64,000 bases of DNA from Azolla caroliniana. Taxonomy: Eukaryota > Plantae > Polypodiophyta. The position numbers and the translations under genes were made by a program. Of this stretch, positions 1 through 13,396 are shown piece by piece. Under the pieces are notes generated by a model. That model was not told the origin of the DNA. It searched no databases and worked only from the letters and a program-made list of their open reading frames with translations. How positions within the stretch are numbered: position 1 is the first letter of the stretch; each line of letters starts with the position of its first letter. The DNA lies in the NCBI GenBank assembly GCA_043228905.1, contig JBHGNT010000005.1:20894001-20958000 (forward strand), in the 5' to 3' direction.

Positions 1-111
1 ATTCTAATGTGAAGTTTATTGAAGATAAGTAGCATCCTAAAATGGAGCTTTCTTTGCAGAGATCTTGGTATAGATTAAAGGGCTAACTTTTGTTTTATTC
101 ATGGAAACAAG

Positions 112-3100
112 GTTAGGGGTTATCAACCAGATATTCTTCATGTACATGAATGGCAAACTAGTGGTTTGCCTTTGCTTTACTGGGATATCTACCATCATCT
201 TTCCTTGAAGGTTAAAGCCTGAAACTCTCTGTTATATTCTGATTTCCAAATATCCTTTTGCTACGAATTTTATATGTGAATTATTGTTTCAGAAGCCCAG
301 AATTGTGTTGACCATTCATAACATGGAGCACTATGGGGAATGCAGGCAAGATTCCTAGATTCTATCTATTTTGAGATTCTAAGAATAAAAAGCCTTGTGA
401 TTGTGTGCAGAGTGGAGCAGTTGGATGCATGTGGTTTAGATGGCCAATCGTACTGCACCCTTGAGAAGGCAAGTTATCTTAGTCTAAAATAAGAGAAACA
501 TATATTCTCTGTTAATAATGGACAAAGTATATTGTCTACATACTTTTGAATAACCTAAAGAGATAGTGTAAAATATCAAGTGCCCTTAATTTTGATATTA
601 TGGCAAGCCCATCTAGCAAGCTATAAATTTAAAGAGCAAGAACAGAACAATTAAACAATAATCTTATGCTTCATAAAGAGAGTAGTATATGTAATCTCCC
701 ATTGCCTTATGACAACATGTTAATCATCAGTTCCGTCAAGTGATATCATGCAAATAAGTTGATGTTTGTTTCCTTTTAAATGGATGTAATGTTGTTTTTT
801 GCAGGCTATTGATGATCGTACAATAGGTCATAATCCAGAGAGATTGAGCCTGTTGAAAGGTGGGATTGTGTACAGTAATGCTGTCACGTGAGTAATGCAA
901 CATTATCTGTAGTTTGTTTATTTCTCATTGGACCAATGAGCTCCTTATTGTGTTTAAAATGGATGGAAGTTCACTTCCAAGGTACTCCAATACTAGAAAC
1001 AATGAAAAAGCATGTCTTGGCTCATTTGGCTACCCATATTTAGTTTCTAAGAAACAACTCATAACCGAGCCATCTGACGTGGTTTAAAATGAAGAGTAGA
1101 AGATATTAATGATTTATTATGCTTGTGGGTTTGGACATATAACCACCGTTGCCCAATTATTAACAAAAACTTCAATTGCTCCACAAGTTATAACTTCTAT
1201 TCCAAACTATCAGATTAAAGACGTAGGCTCCTATTTTGAATGATATATTTAAGGATCTTCTTTCGTAGGAGATTATTGGAAGTATTTTATGGACTTCAAT
1301 GTCTGAACCCTAAAACAAATAGATTCTCAACCATTAATGTAGAAGTAATTACCAAAGGCATTCCTTTTCAGGATAGATAGATATTTTTTGAACAAACTTT
1401 TGAGCAACTGATTAGAGTATTCTGAAGTTTTCCATGGATTTCAATCAGTCTCCCATAAATGTCAAAAAAGATACAGAAGATGAATTGTGATCCATAATAT
1501 GCTAATCAGGCGCTCAAAAGTTTGTTCAAAATTTCATAAAACCACCAATATGATGTCCTCGCTTTGAGATTAGAGATTCTGAAGAAAGATTTCTCTTTCT
1601 ATTGAGAAAACAGGACAGTCTCACCAACTTATGCAACTGAAACCCTATGCTCAGATTGGCTGGCAAGCACACTGCTAAGGCACAAAGATAAGTAAGTTAG
1701 TTTTCACATTCCTTTATATTTCCTTTAATATATGAATTACTAATGGATGGTCACGTCTTAGATATTCTGGGATACTGAATGGAATAGACACAACTTTATG
1801 GGATCCTTCGCGAGATCCATACTTACCTGTAAACTATGACGGTAAGTCAGAAATTCATTATTATGCATAAAAAATAGGAATAACTACACCATGAAACTTT
1901 AGATTTTGTTTTCTAGCATCCAATGTGGAAGGGAAGCAACTTTGCAAAGAGTATGTCCAGAGAGGACTTGGTATGGAAATATGTTCATCTAAGAGCAAAC
2001 CATCACCTATCATTGTTTGCATTACTCGATTGGTGGCACAAAAAGGAATTCATTTGATACGCTATGCAATTGACCGCATAGAGAAACTTGTGAGCTCACT
2101 GTATATGCCTTGTTTAGTTCCTTATTGAATCATATTGGATATTTCGTTTGAGCAACCTTTTCCCTGTTGTTTAATATTTGTTTTAGGGTGGGCAATTCAT
2201 TTTGCTAGGCACGTCTCCAGATAGGCGAATTCAAGGAGAATTTGAAAACCTTGTGCATCAGGTAAACGGAAAACCTGCTTAGAGAATATTTGATGAGGAT
2301 ATTCTAAAGCATGTTAATGGCAGCAAGTTAGACTGTTAAGTACAAGAAAGATGACTTGGCGATAGGCACATTCTTTTTATTTCCATGTAAGCGTTTCTAT
2401 TTTTCCTCATTAATAGAAAAGAATATGTTCGTATTTCAGTACAAGGAGAGCAAGGGAATAAGACTTCTATTAACATACAGGCATGCATCTGCTTTTTGAG
2501 ATATGCATTTTTTGTCTGAAAATAATTTATAACTCATGTTTGTTGCTTTGAAGCAGTGAAGAACTGGCTCACATGCTTTATGCTGCAGCAGATTTTGTAT
2601 TGGTTCCTTCTATGTATGAGCCATGCGGTCTTACACAAATGATTGGAATGCGTTATGGAGCAGTATGGAATTTCTACTATAGCAACATTTGAGTTCAAAA
2701 TTTTAAAGACTTGAAAAGCTTATATGTACCTTGGTCCTTCTCTTTCTCTGACACTGGCAATGCGTAACATCTTTAACAGATTCCAATTGTCCGAAAAACT
2801 GGGGGCCTAGCTGATACCGTTTATGATATGGATGATGGATACAATTCAGAGAGAGCTAATGGGTATGTTATATTTTAGCTCATCTTCCCATCTATGATGG
2901 GACTTTTATGCATTATGATTGCTAGAACCTCCCTTCCATCATTGTCCCATGTGTACTATTTATTTTTGGAATTGATTTGAACATCTCCAAGTAAAACCCA
3001 CTAATAGTTGGTAAAATACATAGTATAGAAAAAAAACCTTGATTTGGTTATTGCAAAGTAATATTGAACATATTGGAAACTGTTATTTCTAGTCAAGGAG

Positions 3101-3789
3101 GGACTATAGAAGAGTCTTGAAATAGGGGTATATGGATTCAAAGGAGGGAGCTATAACCATGTACTACCTTTATTTTCCCATCATTAGGACCATTATTAGA
3201 TTCTTCACCTGGGATGCACATCAATGTATACAGTATTTACATTACTATGGACCGACGAATGCACAATTCCATAATTTACATTTATATTTATTTATTTATT
3301 AGCCTCAAAACCAACTATATATTGGAATGCTTGACATCAGATTTCATACCTTTTTCTTTTACAAGTAAAGCTTGTAATGTTCTATTTACAGGTTTGTATT
3401 TCAAGGGATAGATGAAGGATCATTAGAAAATGCATTGCAGCGTGCCTTTGAGTATTTTTCAAAAGGTGAGTGGCTCGATGAAGATGGTGAAGGATGATAG
3501 GAGGAAGAAAAGGAAGTAACTCGTAATAAAAATCCGTGACACATGTTGCTGATTTGTCATGTATAGGCATAATCATATTAGAAAAAGAGCGACAAAGCAA
3601 TCCATAATTGCGTGTTTTCTTTTCTCATACATACCAATGACCATTCTATTGAAAAAGTTGTGTGATTTGACTTTAGAATCAGATGAATGGACGAACCTAG
3701 TGTCGAAGGTCATGTGCATTGACAATAGCTGGAATAAATCGGCAAGAGACTATGTGGCACTATACAAATCTGTTCGAGTCAATGGATGA
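112..3789 (+). CDS. Soluble starch synthase (GT5), SS4-related clade, most similar to SS6/SSVI; 5'-partial, 13 exons in window
   Basis: Exons 112-210, 293-345, 411-468, 805-887, 1614-1691, 1762-1841, 1917-2089, 2187-2261, 2440-2480, 2557-2662, 2780-2862, 3392-3465 and 3677-3789 splice into one frame with glycogen/starch synthase motifs [64 protein letters not shown] and SW, ending in TGA at 3789. Confidence 0.93.
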
Positions 3790-5535
3790 CCTGCAAAACT
3801 GAAATTTTGACACATCAATGTGTATTTCCTTTTCATTTGTATCCCTCCATATCCATCCATGCATCTAAAATTGATACAAATGAGCCTAATATGTAGTTAA
3901 TTAGTACTAGCCCTGCACATTGTAGCCATATGTAGTTTTTTGTATTAATCACTGTTACCATATGAACTCTCAAATAATACACAGATGAGCAAAAAAGCCG
4001 CCTGGGACTGACGATTGTCGTTGGCATTGGCGTGCTTAAGCCCAACTAATTTTCCGTAAGTGTAGTTTCGTTGATATAAGCATTTATAATGATTGGAAAT
4101 GAATAAATTGTATGGTGTTTGACTTGTCATTGAAAAGAAAATAAGCATTTGCGGTGCTTGCATCTAGAGTACGAAGAAAAACAAATATACTGCTTCAATT
4201 CTCAAGTATGTATTGGACATCATCCAACAAAATTAATGTTTTGATAGTTGCCTATACTTTGTTTGGTTTTCCTTACAAGCATATGCTTGGCCACTTAAGA
4301 TATCACAAAGATACATTGGTAATAAGTTGTAAACTTTTTGTTAGCCTGTCAATGTTGTATGGACTTTTTATTTAATTTCCTTTATTGTTGGTGGTTGAAA
4401 TTCAAAGAAATTCAAGCTTAGTATCAACCTCAAGGGGTCTCCTCTCTCATCCCATGTCATATGAGATAAGTCCATTATGCATGTGTAATTATTATTTGTT
4501 TAATTTATCACATTGAATTTATGCTAATGTTCAAAAAATCCTATATTTATTCTATGTATGTGCTTTGCAAAATGCTCCAAAAACTGTGAAGGAAGTGCTA
4601 ACATATGTAGTGCATTATTGTAGCACCAAATGTTCCAAAAACTATTCAAGGTGCTAATAAGATAGGGACTTAATAATGTGGTCTCGCTGTGCTTCAGATG
4701 TTTACTTTTAATTTCAAACTTTATAGATGTTGTGCGATAATCATACGAATATTGGTGAGTCACGCAAAACAACATTGTGCAATTGTATATCGTACACAAA
4801 AGAATTGAATATTAATAGATTGTAAGGTATCACATTCTCCTTTTTGGACTAATATTGATGAACAATAGGAAGGATTGAGTGAAGCAAATTGATTCAATAC
4901 ATCAATGCTAGTAAATCAATCATCACTAAACATATTACACGTGTAATGTTGGTAAATTTTGATAATGCTTTTGGAACCTAGGAAATAATGTGTCCACATC
5001 TTTAGAGTATGGATTTTGCGAAATTCCTCCTCCATCTGTTTCTATCCATATGAGTTATATTTTGAATAGTTATTTTCATGTTTCCTACCATTGGACAAAA
5101 TGAGATAGTAATTTGTAAGTCCCCATAATAGCAACAATCAACCCCATCGTTAAAATTATGAGTGGTATTCGCTGATTGTAATCTCCATGCAATGTGGCAA
5201 TTTCGAAGATTGACAAGAGTGGTTAGAGTGATTGTAATTTCAATGTGATGGTGCAAACATACTTGGTGTTGATCAGCCAGTCGGCCTTAAAAAAGCAAAG
5301 GTCATGTATGAACCACATATACAACATAGAAGACTTAAAACATTTAAGTGATGGCCAAGTATGAAGTAAATATACAACATAGAAGACTCTTGGCTATGCA
5401 GAGGGTTCTATATGTATTTCATTCGTTCGTGTTTCCCAAACCAACATAAAAGACTTTGTGACTACCGTAGAAGGATTGTATACATATGTATAATTCCTTG
5501 AGTTTCTCAACCACCGGAAGCAAAGGTAAGCATGT

Positions 5536-5695
5536 TACTTGGTACATATATAGCAGTTAAAATACAAACTTTAAAAGGTTTATGACAATGTACTTGGTGG
5601 TATAGTAGTTAAAATATAAACTTTAAAAGGTCATGACAAGTGGACTTGGTACATATATAGTAGTTAAAATACAAAGTTTTAAAAGGTCATGACAA
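5536..5695. repeat. Tandem repeat, ~54-bp unit x3
   Basis: ACTTGGT..TAGTTAAAATAYAAACTTTAAAAGGTCATGACAA recurs at ~5536, ~5591 and ~5643, just 3' of the tRNA gene. Confidence 0.75.
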
Positions 5696-5707
5696 ATAAA
5701 TGGATTT

Positions 5708-5792
5708 TGGGGTGAGAGAGGCTCGAACTCTCGACCTCAGGATACCTCAGGAGCTATGAGACCTACGCGCTAGCCAACTGCGCCACCACCCC
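5708..5792 (-). tRNA. trnM-CAU: tRNA-Met(CAU), elongator, with 11-nt intron
   Basis: Reverse complement reads GGGGTGGTGGCGCAGTTGGCTAGCGCGTAGGTCTCATA[GCTCCTGAGGT]ATCCTGAGGTCGAGAGTTCGAGCCTCTCTCACCCCA, the plant elongator tRNA-Met with an intron after position 37 (5744-5754). It has A and B boxes, an upstream CAA and an AT-rich TATA-like region. Confidence 0.97.
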
Positions 5793-6084
5793 ATTTGATG
5801 ACATAGTTTCAAATATTTAATTATTTATATGTCTTTACACTCTATAAAACAACACAACCTACACACTACATAATGCATAATGTCTATTTATATGTGTATG
5901 TCTTGCTCCCCTCCTATACCCCAAATTTGTAGCTGATTTGTTATCACCTCACTCACGAATGTCTCACGTGCCGTACTCTTAGAGATACTGTTTGAGTTCC
6001 ATTTGGTTCTGTCGGCATTATTAGTCTCGTCAGGGGTCGTGCGGAACGTTTTGCCTCTTTTCAAAGAGAATGAGAATGTCAACA

Positions 6085-6115
6085 ACATATACATATACAT
6101 ATACATATACATATT

Positions 6116-6175
<60 letters not shown>
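6085..6175. repeat. (TACATA)n microsatellite
   Basis: About 15 near-perfect hexamer units. Confidence 0.95.
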
Positions 6176-6619
6176 TGTTTTCCCCACTTACATAGAGTTC
6201 TTGTTTTTATTTGTGCGAGGAATCAAGCATATGATTGGTCAATTGGAGGAATCCATCATTTTGGGTCCTTCCTGTTCTAACAATTGTGACCCTTTTTTGC
6301 GTACTCCACCAGACTTCTTTTGTGATATGCTTGGGCAAGTGCGGAGTGGGGCAATGGGGTGGTTGTCAAATATTGAATGCCATAATTCACGCATGTACGC
6401 GTACACATATGTACATATATAAAATAGAGAGGATTCAAACACATACATACATATTACACACATGTATATAAATAGAGAGAGAATTCAATCAATTTGAGTT
6501 TGATTAACTAACCACCTCACACCACACTCTTCACAAGATCAAAATTTCACAAAAAAACAAAGAGATAAAATAGATAGATAGAGAGAGAGTGAGAGAGAGA
6601 CAACTAATCCCCCCACCCC

Positions 6620-6833
6620 ACATACATACATACATACATAATGATACAACATACACACACACACATACATAACATATATAATTATTGATACAATACACAC
6701 ACACACACACATACATGCATGCATGCATGCATACACACATGCATACACACACACACACACACACATACATATACTCACACACACACACACACACACACAC
6801 TCATACATACATATACTCACACACACTCATACA

Positions 6834-6865
<32 letters not shown>

Positions 6866-6877
6866 CTCACACACACA

Positions 6878-6921
<44 letters not shown>

Positions 6922-6957
6922 TACATACATACATATACTCACACACTCATACATACA

Positions 6958-6989
<32 letters not shown>

Positions 6990-7065
6990 CTCTCTCTCTC
7001 TCTCTCAAACACACACACACACACTGTACACATACATATACATATACATATACATACACACACAT
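6620..7065. repeat. Compound (CA)n/(CATA)n microsatellite
   Basis: Directly visible; source of the His/Thr/Tyr/Ile pseudo-ORFs. Confidence 0.95.
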
Positions 7066-7279
7066 GCATCCAGTATGTTGATCACATATCCCTGTCTGCG
7101 TGATTTATGTATATATGTTATGTATGCATATGTATCTCATCAACATCACAACCCAACAAAAAAGATCAATCAATTTTTGCTGAACGATGGATTCTTGAGG
7201 TTGACTTTATTTAGATCTAACCTTATATAACAATTAGCACCCAATTCTTCTTCGCCTTCTTCTTCATTCTTGAGATCAG

Positions 7280-8074
7280 ATGGGTTCTGAAGCTCCTGCT
7301 CCTCATCCTTGTCTGGTGTTGCACATCACAGGATTCAAGCGATTCAAAGGTGTGGATGAGAACCCAACAGAATCAATAATGGTTGCGCTGAAGGAAGCTC
7401 TGGTGGGCAGGAAGGAGGAGAAGCAGAAAGAGGGGAATCTATTATCAGAATCTGTTAAGTTGCCATGGGGAATACGGATCGGCAGCGTTACGATTCTGGA
7501 AGTGGGCGGCTATGGTGCGTTGCCGGCTCTCCAGAACCTGCTAGATTCTGCACTCACGGAGAAGAACACAAACGGATTGATTGATGAACAAATAGTTTGG
7601 GTACTTCACATGATTTGGTTTCCCAATCTACTGTCTGTCTTTATGTAGCCTCATAATGGTTTGATTCATTCACATATTATGTGGATCATCAATACCAATT
7701 GCTTCATATGTATCAGTATGTATGTATGTATGTATGTATGTATGTATGTATGTATGTATGTATGTATGTATCTGTGTGTGTATGTATGTATGTATGTATG
7801 TATGTATGTGTGTATGTATGTATGTGTGTGTGTGTGTGTGTATGTGTGTGTGTGTGTATGTATGTGTGCGTGTGTGTGTATGTATGCATGTGTGTTTGTG
7901 TGTGTATGTATGTATGTTTGTGTGTATGTATGTATGTTTGTATGTATGTATGTATGTATGTATGTATGTGTGTGTGTGTATGTGTGTTTGTGTGTGTATG
8001 TATGTATGTTTGTGTGTATGTATGTATGTATGTATGTATGTATGTGTGTGTGTATGTATGTATGTATGTATGTA

Positions 8075-8111
<37 letters not shown>

Positions 8112-9549
8112 ATGTGTGTTTGTGTATGCATGCATGTGTGTTTGTGTATGTATGTATGTATGTTTATATGGATGTATGTATGCGTGTGTATGTATGCATG
8201 CATGCATGCATGCATGTATGTATGTATGTATGTATGTATGTATGTATGTATGTATGCGTGTATGTATGTGTGTATGTATGTATGTGTGTAATGTATGCAT
8301 GTATGTATATGTATATGTATATGTATGTATGTATGTTCTCCCTTTACAATTGTTTTCTTTGTCTTTATATTATATCCTTGGGCCACCCCATGATTGGTTT
8401 GAATGAGGAGATTGTATGAGTCCCTAATTTCCTTGTATCGATCATCTAGAATTTCGAGTTTCTCGTTTGGGTCACTTCGATCATGGGGTCATTATGTCCA
8501 CTACTTTCCTTCAATCGTAAAGAACTAAGTCCATGATGGTTGAATATAAAGAACTACTACTACTACTAGAAAAGAAGACTAAATCGTTGACAATTTGAAC
8601 GTAACCAAAAGACAAATGTTCAACATTCCTAGTTGTCTTTGTAATGAACCACATGTTCATGTAGAATGGTTACTCTATGCATGTTGATGTAAATATAACA
8701 CAAATTTGCTTCGGATATAACTTACATAGGCTTTGTAGAGACTAATTTAGTTGTTTGATGACATTTAAATGGTTTTTTAATCTTCTTGCTATTCCATTCA
8801 TAGATACATATGGGGGTCAATAGCGGAGCAAGCCGGTTTGCTATTGAGAGGCGGGCTATGAATGAGGCTACATTTCGTTGTGCTGATGAATTGGGTTGGC
8901 AGCCTCAAGTATGTAGATAAGAAATTTGATGGATGGATTGAAAGATTTTTACTTCCATTTGAGCAAAAAAACAAAATGCCCCCGCCAATGCATATTTTCA
9001 AATGTCACATTGATGGATTGGTATATTTTTACTTCTAGTCCAACAAAAGCAAAATGCCTCATGTTATCTTTTCAATGTCACAGAGAGCACCGGTTGTACA
9101 CAAGGACGGTGAGATCTCAAATTCAAGGGAGGTAATTTCGAGTCTCCATAAACTTGCCACAAAGAAAATGGTCCAATTGTAACGACACACTTTATTTTAG
9201 ATCCCAAAACTCACACGAAAATCAGATCCAAATTTTGTTATATATGTGAATTAGAGAAATTTATGGACTTTTTGGACCTTAAAACGATTCATCAATCTCG
9301 CAGACAACTATTCCAGTGGCGGAGCTTGTGGATACCTTATCAAGCAAAGGCTATGATGTGATGGTTTCAAACGACGCGGGACGATTTGTGTGCAATTACG
9401 TATACTACCAATCACTCTACCATGCATCATTGCATGGAACAAAATCCTTATTCGTGCATGTTCCTCTCTTCAATAAGATCGACAAGAACACACAATTCCA
9501 ATTCACCATCTCGTTGTTTGAGGCACTCGCTTCATTGCGTAGCCTATGA
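7280..9549 (+). CDS. pcp: Pyrrolidone-carboxylate peptidase (pyroglutamyl-peptidase I, peptidase C15), 4 exons
   Basis: Exons 7280-7600, 8804-8908, 9084-9131 and 9304-9549, all with GT-AG phase-0 introns. Motifs ITGFKRF..NPT, IHMGVNSG, AIE, DAGRFVCNYVYY (catalytic Cys) and FVHVP (catalytic His). Confidence 0.92.
7708..8335. repeat. Compound (TG)n/(TATG)n microsatellite in pcp intron 1
   Basis: ~630 bp of TATG/TG units. Confidence 0.95.
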
Positions 9550-10621
9550 TTCTTCTTCTTTATCTACGACACACACACAAACAAAAGTGTGTTGATCTCT
9601 TGCTTGTTTCATTACTATGCACACCCACACATTGTGGTACTAGTAAAACCTTAACCAACAAATTTGTTTTCGTATTATATCATATCTTATTGATGATTCA
9701 AAGCCACATTTCCGCTTCCTCTTTTAGTATACAAATATCATGCTGAAATAATGACACCAGTAAAATAGTCTTGGTGCTACACCACAACCCAATAGCCTTA
9801 CATTTTGAAGTAGTCTTGGCAAGAAAAAGATCCCTTCATGGCTTTGGAATGGGGCCACAACTAAAAGAAATGTCAAAGTACATAGTGATGCTAAAAAGAC
9901 TTGAGACCTTTGAGTCCACAAGATGTCAAGCTCTATCATAATTCTAATGTGTTGCATGGGTCCTATTCTCTCTCCCTCTCTCTCTAGTGCCTTTAATTGT
10001 GTTTGGCAATATTATCATAATCTTCACCCATCTTGTAAACAAAAAATATTAAATAACACCACGTATCAAGTTGAATACATGACCTTTTGACTATAATTTC
10101 ATTCATATACATGGTACAAAATAACTTGTCGACGCTAACAACAAACTATTGTGCAAAATGTAAACTGAACGAACTCTTGCTTTGCCTTACAAAGAAGCTT
10201 TGTAAGAGCAAAAAGTTACATCAAATGCATGACCATTTATTTGCCTTGGCATATATTTTTAGTAACTCAAATAGAGGTTCAAATCTTATTATTTTACCAG
10301 ATGTCTAGGTTGAAATATAGGGAGTTAAAAACATGATCTTTGGCTGTCACCAAACAACCTTACCAACTTAACTCACAAGTTATGCTTCCATATTTTTAAC
10401 CCATATATGATGGCTCCAATTACACTAATTTACTAGATGACCAAGGAACCCTATAGAAGCTCAACTCATGCACTCGGCATCTAATCAAGACCAATATAAA
10501 ATTTCAAAGATGTGAAATGACTCCAATTACATTAGTGGCATCCTTTTGAGAGTCATTTTTCACATAAGAATTTGTTTCCATACAACCTCATTTTGCTCTC
10601 CTACCCTTAACTTGTGATACC

Positions 10622-10775
10622 AATCTCAAAACAAATTGATAGTTTTAAATATCAATTTCAAAACGAATCAATAGTTTTCGATAACAATTTCAAACAATGA
10701 ATCGATAGTTTGTTATAACAATTTCAAAACAAATTGATAATTTTCTCCAACAATTTCAAAACAAATTGATAGTTT
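10622..10775. repeat. Degenerate ~30-bp tandem repeat x5
   Basis: CAATTTCAAAACAAATYGATAGTTT recurs five times. Confidence 0.7.
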
Positions 10776-12048
10776 TTTGTCTTGAGTCCTCTTGTCTCAC
10801 AGATATGACAATTTCCACAATTATATCACCAAGAAGATGCTTGTAATGAAATACAACTTTCAGACAAAAGCAAAAGAAAAGCTGGCCTTACTCATTCCAT
10901 TGACACAAGTAAAAGAAATCCATAACAATTCATGCAGATCCTGAAATGTAACACGACACATATCACAAATCTATGCAAAAGCAATGTATAGACAGGACAC
11001 AGAAAGATATGTGCAATAAATAAAAAAATCCTACAATCATTGATTTGAAGATGAAGACGAATTTTAGGGATCAAAATATATCGATTTTAGCCTGTTATAC
11101 TAAGCACTGAGAGCCTAGGAATCAATTACTTAAGGTTAATCCATTTGTTTGAATTTAACAATTCCATATCACTGATACCACTGTTCTACTAATATCTTTT
11201 GAGTATGCATAAATGGATGAAACCCAACAAATCCATCACTTATGTTTAACAATGCATCAATCCTCTCTATATATGCACATATATCTTTGAAGATGTGCAA
11301 AAGGACGAACCCATATAATATCAACAATTATGCATGGTATATTTTGTCAAATCAATCCTAGATGCTACCTTATGAACCAGTCACTTGTTGAGCTGCTGAA
11401 TAATCAATCAGTTCTTCAAATCCATCACTTCACCACCATTTACACATCTTTTTAAGCGCTTGAATTAACTAAATAACCCTAGAATACCTTACAAATCCAT
11501 AACTTCCAAACCACAATTTATGCATGTGTTTGAGCTTTTTAAACAGAAGAGGAGCAACATCATCTATCCATTCACATTCACTGGTTCAATACTGGTATCC
11601 ATTTACACATGCTCAGAGAAAACGGACCAAGGACTTATGAAATTGACTGTTGATTAAGAGACCCATACTTTCAGAGTTTTGAATCCAAGTATATATGTAT
11701 ATGTATATATATTAATTCATACATAGGTCCACCAATAAAAACTAGAAAATCTCTCCATTTATATATGGATCGGAACCATACCCACGTGGTAGTGAATCCT
11801 GGTGTAAATTCATACATAGATGCATCAAGCAAAATATACATATCCCTGTTTTCGAAGAAAACCCATCATCTTAAGCTGCACTCAGCTGCACCGACACAGA
11901 GGAAAGTTTGTGCATCAGAATATATATATATACATGGGAAGTTGAAAACTTATTGAAATAAATGGGCAACTATGTTTTAGATAGATTTGCCAAGAGAAAA
12001 AGCCAACAATTCAGAACCCTGGGAATCAAGACAACATACACTTGCAAG

Positions 12049-12316
12049 TAACAATCGGCAACGGTTCGGTTTAATGCCTTAACAGTTTCAACGGTTCGGT
12101 TTCAACAGTCAGAAACTGCGGTTTAAATGGTTAAACGGTTAAATGGTTAAATGGTTAAATGGTTCGGTTTCAACAGTCAGAAACTGCGATTTATTTGGTT
12201 TAATGGTTAGAACTGAAAAATGTTTAACGGTTTTGTGGTTCGGTTCAGGTTTTTAAAAAAAATTAACGGTTCGGTTTTGACCCTCTCAAACCGAGCCGAA
12301 CTGTTGCCGATTGTTA
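12049..12316. mobile_element. Non-autonomous hAT-type MITE (268 bp)
   Basis: Terminal inverted repeats (TIRs) TAACAATCGGCAACGGTTCGG / CCGAACTGTTGCCGATTGTTA; 8-bp TSD CTTGCAAG (12041-48) / CGTGCAAG (12317-24); many internal CGGTT/AACCG motifs. Confidence 0.85.
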
Positions 12317-12624
12317 CGTGCAAGGCGACAACCAAAAGAAACAGACATGTAAATCACAGTCCAAAAGAAGAGCCCTTGATACACCGCCAGTCTAGAATAC
12401 ATCAAGTTTGAAACCCTAGAGAAAACAAATGCACTCATGCAATGAAAACAAGAAATCCGGGTCAGAACATATGCATGAAAGATGAAACACTAGATATAAG
12501 CGGTTGCCCAAATATATACATGGAAGGTGAAACCCTAGAACAAAACCAAGAAATCATTGAAACACCATAGCCACATACACAACACAAAAACTAAATTAAA
12601 TAACAAAAGAAACCCTAGAAATAC

Positions 12625-13235
12625 CGTATCCACATAAAAACTCAAAACAAAATTAGATCGAAGAAGAAGCCCTAGAAACAAAATGAGAAAAAGTAAGGAC
12701 AATAAACAATAGGAAAGGGGCCATAATAACAACAAACTGTAACACATAACACAAAACAGAATTCAAATCAAAGAACAAACACTGTATCCACATAAAAACT
12801 CAAAACAAAATTAGATCAAAGAAGAAACCCGGGAAATAAAATGAGAAAAAGTACAATAAACAATAGGAAAGGGGCCATAATAACAATAAACTGCACCATA
12901 ACACAAAACAGAATTCAAATCAAAGAACAAACACCATATCCACATAAAAACTCAAACAAAATTAGATCAAAGAAGAAGCCCTAGAAATAAAATGAGAAAA
13001 AAGAAGGATAATAAATAATAGGAAAGGGGCCATAATAACAATAAACTGCAACACATAACACAAAACAGAATTCAAATCATATCCACATAAAAACTCAAAC
13101 AAAATTTGATCAAAGAAGAAGCCTAATAAATCAAATGAGAAAAAAGAAGGATAATAAACAATAGGAAAGGGCCCATAAATAACAATAAACAGCAACACAT
13201 ACCACAAAACAGAATTCAAATCAAAGAACAAAACC
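12625..13235. repeat. Tandem repeat, ~145-160-bp unit x4, downstream of the EF-hand gene
   Basis: ATCCACATAAAAACTCAAA..GGAAAGGGGCCATAATAAC..CAGAATTCAAATCA recurs at ~12627, ~12786, ~12937 and ~13081. Confidence 0.9.
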
Positions 13236-13396
13236 CTAGAAAGAAAAACTACCCGCAAATGAAATAAGAAGAACATCGGGGAAAAGAAGACCTTAGGGAA
13301 AGAACATCGAAATCAACAGCAAGATACCTATAAGAAAAACAAGAAAAAAAGCAAAAAAGCAAAAGAACCTGCCATTCTCTTTTCTTTCGTGTGGAT

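Noticed and set aside
5888-8419. Many ORFs rich in HT/YI/MY/VC dipeptides
   Set aside because: These are translations of stop-free microsatellites, not genes. Only pcp exon 1 (7280-7600) is coding.
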